Below, piece by piece: positions 26,645-39,500 of a stretch of DNA of 64,000 nucleotides. The position numbers were made by a program, and so were the translations under genes. Source of the stretch: an uncultured Clostridia bacterium. GTDB lineage: Bacteria > Bacillota > Clostridia > Christensenellales > UBA1242. Location of the stretch: assembly GCA_934778205.1 (NCBI GenBank), contig CAKVOD010000001.1, positions 59,037 to 123,036 of the forward strand. The letters run 5' to 3'. The notes under the pieces are model-generated. The model was not told the origin of the DNA, did no database searches, and saw only the letters and a list, made by a program, of their open reading frames with translations. The stretch's first letter is position 1; every line of letters begins with the position of its first letter.

Positions 26645-27118
26645 ATGATTGAAATTACAACAGTTTTAACAAAAGAAGTACAAAAATCAATGACAAAGAA
26701 AATTTGGGTCGGCTCGTGGATTGCCCTTGCAATCGGCGCTATTGGAATGCTACTCTACGTCTTTTCCGAACTTATTTGGGGCGCTCAAAAATGGACCGAA
26801 TTTTTGTTGATATTCGCATTGCCATTTGGTTTTGGACTTGTCTATATCATTATGCTAAACAAAATTTATAAAAAACCACTAGATGAACAAAACGTCAACA
26901 TTTATCAATTCGAACCCGAAGGCTTCACAGTCGTAACATTTAGGGGCGAAACAAACACTGGCTCAATGCTCGTTTCATATGAACAGATTGCAAAAGTCAA
27001 AGAAACTGCCGATTATCTATTTTTGTTTGTCAACAAATTTTCCGCATTTGCCGTCAAAAAAACCGACACTTCCCCCTCCGACATTGAAACTATCAAGTCT
27101 TATCTTGGTGTCAAATGA
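26645..27118 (+). CDS. YcxB-like membrane protein
   Basis: Start at MIEITTVLTK (AAAGGAG RBS). Two TM segments, then ...VSYEQIAKVKETADYLFLFVNKFSAFAVKK. The track start at 26507 reads through the repeat array. Confidence 0.65.
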   Translation: MIEITTVLTKEVQKSMTKKIWVGSWIALAIGAIGMLLYVFSELIWGAQKWTEFLLIFALPFGFGLVYIIMLNKIYKKPLDEQNVNIYQFEPEGFTVVTFRGETNTGSMLVSYEQIAKVKETADYLFLFVNKFSAFAVKKTDTSPSDIETIKSYLGVK

Positions 27119-27354
27119 GAGGTTGTGATGCTGTCAAGAAAAGAATACTTGACTTGTTGAGCCAAAAGAATTTATCTATCAACAAAGTATGTTCACTTGG
27201 AAATTTAACAACTTCAACTTTGAATACTATGCTCAATAACAAAAGCGAGTATTGCTCGGTACGCACATTGCAAAAGTTTTGCCAAGGTGTTGGCATTACG
27301 TTGTATGACTTTTTTAATGACGACATATTTAAAGATTTAGAAATTGAATACTAA
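27115..27354 (+). CDS. XRE family HTH transcriptional regulator
   Basis: 79 aa with ATGA overlap onto the upstream gene. KRILDLLSQKNLSINKVCSLGNLTTSTLNTMLN ... TLQKFCQGVGITLYDFF. Confidence 0.7.
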   Translation: MRGCDAVKKRILDLLSQKNLSINKVCSLGNLTTSTLNTMLNNKSEYCSVRTLQKFCQGVGITLYDFFNDDIFKDLEIEY

Positions 27355-27361
27355 ACAAAAA

Positions 27362-27400
27362 AAGGTTGCAAAGCACCAAATGGTGCTAGCAACCTTTTTG
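27362..27400. terminator. Bidirectional terminator between convergent genes
   Basis: Stem aaggttgc...gcaacctt with an inner stem agcacca/tggtgct. Flanked by an A-run and a T-run. Confidence 0.7.
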
Positions 27401-27527
27401 TTATTCAAATTAATTAGTTTAATTGAATGAACTATTTTGCGCAATTGAATTTCAAGCAATTTCAATGCAATTTAAAACTCAATTCTATAAAATCAAAGTT
27501 TTGCACAAATGGATTCCATTCAGGCAA

Positions 27528-30500
27528 TTACCTGCCCTTTGTGTCAATGAGTTCTTTGATTTTGTCGCGACTACTACGCTTCTTGCTTGCTTTTACAATC
27601 AAGTAGGTCAAGAATATTATCACAAGAAGTGCTAAGATTCCGCCTGCGATGATGAGTGGCCAGAAGATGTAGTTTTTCACTTCAACGCGAACAACTAGAT
27701 TGCCCGTGATGTTGGAGAGGTCTTGGTCATAGACGACTTTGTCGCCAAACTTTGTGTTGATTTTTGGCAAATCAGTCAAAGTTTTTCCGTACTCAACCTC
27801 TTTATATACGCGCGAGCCATCTGGCATAATAATCGTGATAGTGTATTTATTAATTGTGTACACAGCGTTGATAGTGATTGGACTTGTGATATTCGTCAAG
27901 TCGGCGTCTTCCCAATATGGTGCAACTTTGTCGTATCCTATGCGTGCAGGTATTGCTGGGATTTGTTGCGGGTCAAGCGAATCGCCGTATTTTACATATC
28001 TAAAAATCTTTTGTTCGTTTGCCACAAACGTAATGACAATGTCATCTCTTTCAATTTTACCAAACAATACAAGGTCACTCGTGATAGATTTTCCAAAGTC
28101 ATATAGTTGCGTCAAATCAACATCGGTATACCAGTTTGCAATGTGGTGTCCAACTTCAACGTTGATGCCTGTTGGAATTGTTGCCCAACGATTCCAGCCA
28201 ACTTGTTGCGTTGCTTGCAATTCTCCATTGACATAGAAGTCGACTCTAAATTGTTGCAAAACATATTTACCGAAAATGTTTGTGTCACTTGTGATAATTT
28301 GGTCAAAATCAAACAATGTATTGAATGATGCATCTGCGTACCAACCTTCAAGGTCGTAACCTGTGATGCCGACTGGGAAATTAACTTTCACTTTTTCGCC
28401 GTACTTGATTTCAACAGTATCAAGCAACCTTGCGCCATTGTAGAATCTGACCGTATATGTGTTTTTGTCAAACTCAGCATACAAACTCAATTCGCCAGTG
28501 ACTTGCGAACTGAATGAATACATTGTGCCGTTTGGCAAACGCCACCCGACAAAGTTATATCCCTCTTTGACTGGGTTGCTTGGCTTTGCCACAACACTTT
28601 CGTATTGAACAGAGTCTGTCCAGAACACTTCATCATCAACATAGAATGTAATAGTGTAGTTTGCCTTTTCATATTTTGCATACAATGTAAGGTCAGCATA
28701 AACTTTGTATGAAGCAAAATCAAATTCAGCAAGCGAATCAGCAGTTGCAAACCAACCGATGAAGTCATAGTGCAAACGTGTTGGTCGCGTTGGTTTTGTA
28801 ATCTTTCCACCCCACTCAACTGTGACAGTTGTATATTGAGCGCTTCCAAACAAGCCTTCGCGTGCGTCAAACACTACATTGTAAGTGTTTTTATTCAAGT
28901 TTCCAATTGAGATGATTAAGTCATCTGCAATTTGCGTGAGCATATAAACGCCATTGATTGGCAAAATTTCTTTCTTGACTTGAGTTGTTTTGCTTGTTGC
29001 ATAAACTCTAATTTTACTTTGTGAATATGCTTCCAAAATCGTAATTTCAAAGGCAAAATCATCGTTATAAACAATTGATGCCTTGCTTCCGTCTTGGCTC
29101 AATGTGCCTTTGTATGCATCTAAAACACCCAAAGTCATTGAGTCTTGCGCATACCCGCTTGGCAAAGTAATTTCATAACTTGCAATTGTCCAGAATGCAA
29201 CAAATGTGCGCGACTCAGTATATTTGCAAATCGTTTCCTTCGTAATTGCATCGCCTTGTGGAACATCATTTATTATGCTTTCAAACCAACCGCCGAAATT
29301 ATGCCCTTTTCTTTCAATTTTTGGCAATGGTCCAAATGGTTTGCCGTACTGAACATCGATGCCGACAGGGTCAGCCGTACCATTGTTTGCATCAAAGTAC
29401 ATTGTAATCCACGCGCTGTCCCAAATTGCGTAGAGTGTTGTAACACTTGTTTTGTTGAAAATCATACCCATATTGGCAAATGATTCTCCAGTGCCGTCAC
29501 GTTCCGTGTTCCACGCTTTGAACGTGAATCCCGCTCTCGTGAACTCGTTTTCTTTCAAAACTTTAGAAACATCATACGTAAACTCTTGAGCAGACATTGT
29601 GCCAGTACCGCCGTTTGCATCAAAATTGATTGTGTACTTGATTGGCTCATATTCCGCTACAAGCGTGTATGTTCCAGCACCGAACGTAAACGTTTGCGTT
29701 ACTTTGTCAAACGCACCAACGCCAGAACCTGCCCAGCCAAGGAATGTGTATCCAACTTTGCTTGGGTTAGCAACAGTGTAGATTGTGCCGTATTCCTTAC
29801 TAATATTGAACACGCCAACTTTGTTGCTATATTCGCTGTCGCTGTATGTCCCGCCGTTCGTGTTAATTACAAGCAAATAATTATTTTTCGCAAAACTTGC
29901 AGTAAGTGTTGTATTGACTAGCCATTCAATTGGCGAAGTTTCGGAATAAAGTATTTCATTTTCATCAACCCAACCTCTAAACTTGTTCCCGTCAAGCAAA
30001 ACTTGAGGCAAAGCGCCAAGCGAAGTTGTTCCGTCTTCGCTTTCAATCTTCCCGAGCAAGTCTTTGTAGTTGAATGTCTTTGTTGCAGTTTGTTTGTCTG
30101 CAGCCAAAGTCCAGCCGTTCAAAGTGCTTTCGTCAAATTGCGCGCCATCTGCATTCAAAGTAATGATGATTTCAATTGGCGTCCATATAGCAGTGATTGT
30201 AGCGTTGCCAGTTCCAAATGTAAATTTCCAAGTGTTGCCACTTTGAGTAAAACTACCTTGTCCTTCAACTGCATATTCGACATCAAAACCACTAAATGTA
30301 TAACCAGTCTTTGTTGGCGCAGTTGTAATGTCGTATGTATCGCCGTTCTTGCCCGTAACAGTAATTACTCCGCTATTTTCGCCCAATTTTCCGCCATCAA
30401 GGTCAATAGTCAAAGCAAACTTGTCAGCCGACCACGTAGCGTTCAAGGTCAATTCTTGAGCAAACTCAACGCGTGTGAGTGGAGTATAAACGTCCTCGCC

Positions 30501-33500
30501 ATCAGTTCCGCTCACAGTCCAGCCAATGAATGTGTATCCCGTGCGTGTAGGTGTTGGCATTGCGCCAATCTTTTCGCCAAATGTGACAGTCTTTGTTGCG
30601 GAAGTGTTGCCAGTGCCCACAATCCATTCTCCAGTTGGTGAGGTTGGAATTGTAGCAAGCGTTGTCGCATCACCATTTGCATTGAATGTCAATGTGTAGG
30701 TATTTGCCGTGTAGTTAGCAAATATTGTTGCGTCACTCTCTTTGAAAGTGAACGTAAGTTTTTCAGCAAGTGTTTCGCCACCGCTTTGTGTGATGTCCCC
30801 CGAGACAATGGAGAACCCACTAAATGTATAACCCGTTTTTATCGGCATTTTGACAGTAACATTGTCTTTTGCGTGTCCAACAATTGTGAGTTGTTGTCCC
30901 TCAGCCGTACCGCCGTTGAGGTCAATCTTCAAGGTGTATTCATATTGTTCAAAGTGAGCGTACAAGGTGTGCGCGACTGGATTTGTGACAGTAGACGTGT
31001 CAATAATTCTCTCGCCCTGTCCGTTCTCCTCCGTGAACCAGCCCTTGAACTCCCAACCATAGCGACTGACAGTTGGCAATGTGCCATACTTTTCGCCAAA
31101 TGTGGCTTTCATTGTGTCGTCAGTATGTGTGAGTCCCGTCCAGTCAATCGTAACACCGTCCGCGATTGCATCGCGTGAAAGTTTGAATGTAACATCGACC
31201 GCTTGCGCCGTCCAGTGTGCCGTCACAACCGCGTTGCTTAACCCGAACGTGTACGTCCACGTGCCGTCGCCGTTGTTTAGAAGTGCGCCGTCAACTGTTG
31301 AAGTGTACTCAAAAAAGTCGTATCCCGTCTTAGTTGGCTCGCCAAATGTGAATGTTTCGCCAAATTTTTTGTTGATAGGATTTTCTTCAAGCAACAACTC
31401 GCCACCGTCCAAAACGATTGTAAGTGATGTCTTGATTTCTTCAAACACCGCAAACAATGTGTGCGTTTCAGCATTCTTGACAAGTACTGACGGAATTATC
31501 TGCACGCGGTTTTCTCCACTTCTGCTGTCAAACCAACCTTTGAAATTATAACCCAATTTTTCTGGATTTGGCAACTCGCCGTAAATCTCATCAAACTTGA
31601 CTTTCTTGCTCAAAGTTTCGTTGCCACTCGTAGCAAAGTCATAGTCAAAGTTGACAATGATTTCCTTGTTTTCCCACTTAGCGGTCAACTTGCAGTTGTC
31701 GTTGCCGAACGTGTAGTAAACCTTGCCTTCGCCCAAGCGGACATCAAGTGTTCCCTTATCGCCAACAACTTCAAATTCTTTGAAAATATATCCATAACGT
31801 GTTGGAATGCTAAAGTTTACAGTTTCGCCGAAGTACGCCTCAAATTCCTTGTCAGTCATCGTGACGCCGTCAATCGCCCCACCCGAAAGAAGCACTTGCA
31901 ACTTGTATTTGTGCAACTCCCAGTGTGCGTAAAGCGTGTGATTGCGCGCAATCTTAACTGTCGTGGTGTTGTCGATTCTCATTCCGTCATCATCGGCAGT
32001 CGTGAACCAGCCCGCAAAGTCGTACCCGCTCTTTGTCGGAACAGGTAGCGCATCGTAAATTTGGTCAAACGTAACTTCAAGCGTTGCCGTCGTATCTCCG
32101 CCATCAGCGCCGTTATAGTCGAATGTTACAATGTATTTTTCATTGGTCCATTGTGCCGTAAGCGTCGCACTTCCAGCCCCAAATACAAACTTGTAGCTTG
32201 AAAGTTGTTCGTCTTGCGCCGTCAAAGTACCCTCGCCCGTCTTAATAAATTTAACAAAACGGTATCCTTCACGCGTTGGCGTGTTGAATGTAACTTCATC
32301 TTTGACTTGCTTGTCCTTGAAATCGTATGTGTGTTGTGAACCATTGAACACACCGCCTTGAGGGTCAATCGTGAGCGTGTACAAAAGCGGTTCATATTGA
32401 GCGTAAAGGTCAAAATCATTAGGAATAGTGATTTCCCTGTCGTTTGTCATTTGAACTCCGCCCTCTGCCTCTGTAAACCAGCCGAGGAATCTTTGTCCCT
32501 CAAGTTTTGCAGATGGCAATTCATTGACAATATTAAACTTGTCGCCAAACTTATATTGTCGTGTTCCTGTCTTTTTATCAGTTGAAATTGAAATGCCTGT
32601 ACCAACCAATTCGCCCGCTTGTGCGTGGAATTTAACCCTAATGTCCTTTGCATCCCACTTTGCATACAAGGTGGTATCGCCCGCACCAAACGTAAATTGA
32701 TAGTTGTCGCCATTTTCTTCAATTGAACCAATTCCTAGCCTATTTTCGTATTGAGCAAAGTTATAACCCGTCTTTGTTGGCTTTAAGATTTCAATTGTTT
32801 GATTATAAACCCCACTGAACGATTGAACTTGCTCCAACTCGCCATACTTTCCGCCGTTCAATTCAATAGTAAGAGTGTACAAAATGTTTTCATATTTTGC
32901 CGTAAGCGTGATATCTTCCAAGATCTTGACAAGTTTGCTCTCGTCAACCAATCTGTCGCCGTCGTCATACCAGCCAAGAGTTCTCATTCCAATCTTTGAC
33001 GCAGTAGGCAAAACTCCAAAAACCGCGTCATATGTGACAACCTTTGTTGAGCCGTCGCCCTCAAAGCCTTCTGTTGCAACATATTGTCCACCGTCATAAT
33101 TAAATGTAATCGTGAACTGTAGCGCCGTCCAGTGTGCGCGCAACGTATGATTGCCCTTGTGTGCAACAGGACTCGTCGCAGTGATTTGCTCGTCCGTGTC
33201 CTCAAAGAACCAACCATTGAACACATATCCCGTCCTCGTTGGCTCTGGCAAAGTGCCATAAGGCTCGCCGTGGCTAACCGTGCGCGAAAGTTCGCCCACC
33301 ATTCCGCCGTTTGCGTCAAACGAAACAATGTATTGGTCAGATGCCCAGTGCGCAAAGAATACTTGGTCGTGCGCAACCGTGACGGTTGTTGTATTTAGAA
33401 TTTGCAAACTGTCCGCTTGCTCAGAAACAAACCAACCCACAAACAACTTTGAATCGTGTTCTGCACTCGGCATTCCCGTATAGAACTCGCCGAACGTGAC

Positions 33501-36500
33501 CGTGATTGTTGTCTCACTAACGCCCGTTGCGCCCGTGTAGCCGTCCTCACCCGCCGTGATGAGTCCTTGCCCCGCTTTAAACGTGATTGTGTAGGTCTTT
33601 GCAGTCCAGTGCGCATACAAAGTGATTGCGCCCCTGACAATGTCGTCAGATTTGACTTCATTTCCGCCATTTAGTTCCGTGAACCACCCGTCAAGCGTGT
33701 AGCCCTCTTTTGTCGCGGTCGGGAATTGTCCATATTCAGCACCGTAGTTTCTGTCCATATAAGGCGAAGAAAGTGTTCCGCCATTGGCGTTGAACGTGAT
33801 TGTGTACGTGATGACTTTCCATTGTGCATAAAGCGTGACAACGCCGTTATTTTCAGCCGTCATATTGTTGATATATGCGCCGTCCGTATAGGTTTCAATA
33901 CCTCCGCTCTTTTCAAGCGTCCAATACATAAAGGTATACCCAACTTTGCTATAGCCAAGCGTAGGTAGACGTCCCCCAACGTCGTATGTGCAAGGTAGGT
34001 CTGCCATAGAACCCGTCGCATCTTCATCGTTCTTGTCAAACTTGATTGTGTAAGTGTTTTCTCTCCACTTAGCAGTCAACTTGCAGTTGTCGTCTTTAAA
34101 TGTGAACTTTGAATTGTCAGAAGCAAGCGTTCCACGCCCGCTCTGTTCCCACCCCATAAAGGTATAACCTAAACGAATAGGAGTTTCGAGCGGTTGCTCA
34201 TTTCCAATGACGCCCTCAAAAATGCTTGAAGCGCTTGAATTGTTGTATTCGCCCCTATTAGGGTCGATTGTCAAAGTATAAGCGTGTTCGCTATATTTCG
34301 CCGTCAAAACAATGTCGTCCTCAAAGTCGACAAGACTTGATGACTCAATATATTTGTCGTCACTTGTGTAGAACCCTTTGAACACATAACCAGCATAAAC
34401 TATGTCGTCCTCAACAGGAATCAAAACATAATTTTGTCCAAATGTTGCCCTGATGTGTCCCTTTTTGTCCGCAGTCACACCAAACTTCGTTTTTGTCGCA
34501 TCGTCTTTCCAATTTGCACCCTCAGGAATTATGAGTGTAACATTGATTACGCGCACTTCCCACTCAGCCACAATCGTATCATCACTTGCAGTGAATGTGT
34601 ACGTATACCCACTTGTAACACTTCCCAAAAGGTTTGCATTTGTTTCAAAACCAACAAACTTATACCCTCTGCGCGTTGGCATTTCGGCTACTGGAATATC
34701 AAATGTTTCGCCAAATTCGCGCGTAATCTTTGTACCCGCGCTGACGCCATTATAAATACCGCCGTTAGGGTCTACCGTCAAAACATATGTCTTGACAGTC
34801 CATTGTGCCGTGAAAGTCAAAGTTCTTGACGTGTCAACAAGATTGTATACTATATCTGTATCATTATAATTAGTATTCGTGTCTGCACGCAACCAATGAC
34901 TAAATTCGTAGCCCGCTTTGGTAAACTTGTTCTTTGTGAGCGCAACCGACATATCATAAGAGATTTTTTGTTTTTCCATTTCGCCGACAGCGCCCGCGCC
35001 ACCGACAAACTCAATTTCGTAAACAATGGCTTTCCAATTAGCGGTCAAACTTCCGTTGCCCGCGCCAAATGTGTATGTCATGCCACTCAAACCTGTATAA
35101 TTTGTCGAACCGTCTTTACCAACAAACGCTTCCGTCCAGCCTTCGAACGTATAACCCGTGCGCGTTGGTGTCTTAACTTCTGTTGTTCCATTTAGGTTGC
35201 CTTTGACAGTCACATTTTGAGTGCTACCACTATATGTTCCACCATTTGGATTGATTGTGAGCGAATACTCGTCATCAGTCCATTGCGCATACAAAGTGAT
35301 GTTGCTTGTAATCTTGACAGTGTCTGTACCATTGACAACTGTGCCGTCGTCGCGCGCCCAACCCGCAAAGGTTTTACCTTCTTTTTGCGGAACTGGGAAT
35401 GCGCCGTATGTGCTGTCGTAAACAACTGGGCGCTCTGTTTCCATTGTGCCACTGACAATTGTCACGTCGTTTTCAACATAATTGAATGTCACTTTGTACG
35501 TCTTTGGCGTCCACTTTGCCGAAAGTGTTGCGTCGCCAAGCCCGAATGTGAACATCCACTTGCCCGTCGAATCACTCGCAATACCATCATCACTTGACTT
35601 GTGATCAAACCCGTTGAAATCATATCCAACACGGCTTGGTATTGGCAATTCATAAGATTTACCATAATCGCCCGTGATTTTCTTTGTCACGTCAGCGTTT
35701 GAACCAAAGTTTCCGCCGTTTGCAGAAATCGTAACTGTGTATTTGCTTGTTTCCCAACCCGCATAAAGCGTTGTTGGCGCAGTATTATTAAATTTCGTCG
35801 TCGTCGTAATCTTTGTTCCGCCCATATTTTGCGCAGTCCACCAGCCCTTGAAAGTGTTTCCTCTCAACGTTGCCGTTGGCAAGTCGACATAGGTCGAATC
35901 ATATGCAACATATTTGCTTACGGTTGAACTTCCGCCCTCAAATTCTCCGCTTGAAACAATAGTACCTTCGCCCGCGTTGAACACAACTACATAGTTGATT
36001 GCATCCCATTGTGCAACCGCATAAACATCTTTGTCAACCGTGATTGTAATGCCGTCGAAAATTGTATAACTTTCATTTCCTCTTTCAGCGTAGTATCTAA
36101 AAGTATATCCCGTGCGCTCTACTTCAGGCAATCGTCCAATTTGCTCGCCAAACTTTCCTGAAATTCTAACCAATCCGCCCGACGAAGAACCACTGCCAAT
36201 GTTTTTGAAATTTCCGCCATTAGGGTCAAAGATGTATGTTATTGTTTTTGCCTCAAATTGAGGAATAAGGCGCATATCGCTCGTAACGCGACTTCCCTCA
36301 GCCACAGTTCTGCCGTCCTCGTCTTTGAATGCAGTGAATATGTGCCCACGCTTTGTAATTGTCGGAAACACAATCACATCGTTGTGATTATAATCTTTTT
36401 GCAATGCAAACGAGCCATATTGCGAATAACCATTTGAGTTGCCAACAACAGTGTTCAAGGTGTCAATGACAACTCTATATTTATGGTCAACCCATTGCGC

Positions 36501-39500
36501 AAATAATTCAATTTTGCTCCCGTCACCGTCAGTCAAATTATAAACAATTTGCTCATCAGTATAAGAATCTCCTGCGCCATTAGAACGAATGTTCCAACCA
36601 CTGAAATCTGCACTTGCTGAAGAATATGTATTTTTTGTGAGTTTTACGCCCTCGCCATACTTGGCTGTCAATTGTGCCATTGATGTGCCAGTCGCGTCTG
36701 TTCTATTCTTGTTGAAAGTGATATAATATGTATTCGCTCTCCATTGTGCATACAAAGTATGCGCTTCCTTGATTATTCCAGTCGATTGCACATAGCCTGT
36801 GCCAGTCGTTTCTTTTGTCCAGCCAAGGAACTTGAAGCCCACTCTGCTTGGCGTTGGCAATGTGCCATACGTCGCGTTGTAGTCGTAAACCTTGCTTGTA
36901 ATCGAGCAAGTACCGCCTGTCGCATTGAAAATGACTGTGTATTTGTCAATATCAAAGTGCGCGAATATTACTTTACTCTCTGTGAACTTGACAATCGTAG
37001 TCGGCAAGTACTGCGTACCCGTTCCGTTTTGATTTTCAAACCAACCAACTAGCGTCGCTCCCGTCTTTGTAATTGTTGGAAAACTTCCAATTTCTTTGTC
37101 ATAAGTAACAGTTTGTCCGTAAGTACTCCCACCTGTTGAAAAGTTTCCGCCGTTTGAATTGAATGTGAGCGTCAAAGTCTTTGCGCTCCATTGCGCAACC
37201 AAAGTGATTGTTTTTGTAACTTTGTCATTTGCCTTTGCCTTTGTAGTTGTACCCTCATAATACCACACACTAAAGTTGTAACCCTCACGCGTTGGTGTAG
37301 GCAACGAGCCGATAGTACTATTATATGGAACAGTTCTCTGCGACGGCGAAACATTGCCACCCGCTGGGTCGAAGAACACCGTCATATTGTCCGTTTCATA
37401 ATGTGCAACAAATGTTTTATCCCCCGCGAAAATAAACGCGCTAGACGCGACATACTGCGTTGCACTGGCACCCGTTCCGTCAAACCACCCCTTGAAGGTG
37501 TGTCCCAAAAGTGTTGGCGTAGGCAATGTGCCAATTACGCTATCAAATGTGACAGTTTTTGTTGCGGTGTGCTTATCGTTTGAAATATTCCAGCCAGAGA
37601 CAGATGACAATGTACCATTAAGAGCATTTAGCGTCAAAGTGTACTCATTTGGCGTGAGTTTTGCATAAACCGTGCAATTCTTTGTTGCTTTATCCGTGGT
37701 TTTGACTTTTGTATTAAAGGTATCTTCATAATACCACCCGCCAAATGTGTAACCCGTGAGTTTGACGTCAGGCAAAACGCTCAACTCTTGTTCATAGTTG
37801 TATGTGGCAATCGAGAATTTACCACCCGTCGCACCTGGAAAACCCGTTGCTGGCTGAATGATACCGCCATTTGCATCAAATGTGATATTGTACTGAATTG
37901 GTCCCCATTGTGCGTAAAGAGTAATTACGCCACCATTTGTCGAAGTCAAGTTATAAACATCTGCCTTGTCAATATGTGACGTACCGCTGTCATCTGCTTT
38001 AGTGTTCCAGCGGACAAACTGCCAACCTGTTCTTGTGAAGGAGTTTTCAGTCAATGTCCCGTGTACGCCGTAAGTAAATGTCGACTGAGCCATTGAACCT
38101 GACCCACCATTTGAATTGTAGTTGACCTTGTAAGTGTTTGCATTCCATTTCGCCGTAACTGTTGCGTCGCTTGCGTCGAACGTGAATACAGAACCTGAAA
38201 GCCACTTTTCATTACCGACTGTCACTTCCCAACCGTTGAATGTGTAGCCTTCTTTCGTCAAATTATTTTCAAGAGTGTACGATTGCCCAATTTTTCCAGG
38301 CTTTGTTTGTGTGCCTTTTTCATTCCCATATTCAATTGTCAAAATATATGGATTTGCGGTAAATCTTGCATATAGTGTTTTATTTTCAGCAACCGTATAA
38401 AGTGTGCTAGGTGTCCAAGCAATCGAACTTGTGGTATTTTCAAACCAGCCCTCAAATTTATAACCCGATTTTGTTGGTTGTGGCATATCTTTGATTGTGT
38501 CGTCGTATGTAACTTGTTTGGAGTAGTTACTACCACTTTGCGTAAAGCCCGACGGAATGGTACCCCATAAAGCCGTTGAATCGTTTTTGTTGAATGTCAA
38601 AGTGTATTGATTTGCAGTCCACAATGCCGTAATTGTTCCACTGCCAGCGCCAAATGTGTATATCCATTTCCCAGAAGAATTTTTTGCAACACTTCCTTCT
38701 CCCGCTGTAACTTGCCAACCGTCAAATCTATATCCCGTGCGAGAGATTGCCCCAATCTCAACTGTTTTACCTATGCTACCACCAACAGTTGTTGCACCCG
38801 TATATGTTCCTTGCGCAACATCAATTTCCAGATTATAACCGATTGCTGTCCATTGAGCATACAAAGTAGTGTCGTAGTCAAATAGTACCCTATCCGTGTT
38901 TGTATACTGCGTTGCACTACTTGATTCGCTTGCAAACCAACCCTTAAACGTGTAACCCGTTCTTGACGGCTTTGGCATTGTACCAAATTGAGTGTTATAT
39001 GTGTATGTCTTTGACGCAGTCTTTGAACTTGTCGAAGATGTCCAATCTGCAATATCATCCCACGTATTAGAATAACCATTTGCAGTAGTCGCACTTAATG
39101 TGATTTTAGGCGTCTTTTCAGCCCATTTAGCGTAAACAGTTGCTTTATATGCTCCAGCAGAACCATTGATTGCTAGATTTGAGGAATTTGCAACTGTGCT
39201 TGTCGATAATTTTTCCGACGAACTTGTCGACTTATACCAACCAACGAAATTAAATCCCGCTCTTGTTGGTGTTGGCAAGTTAGAACTCGTCAAATTACTA
39301 TTATATTTTACGGTTGTACTAGAAACTGAAGAACCACCTTGACTATCATAACTGATTGATACTGTTTCAGCCGTCCACTTTGCATAAAGGGTTGTGTTGG
39401 ATGCCTTGTCCCAATTCCTATACGAGCCCATTGATGATGTGTAATATTGAGTTCCATTACCATTTGTGCTTGTATAATACCCACCAAACACGTAATAAAT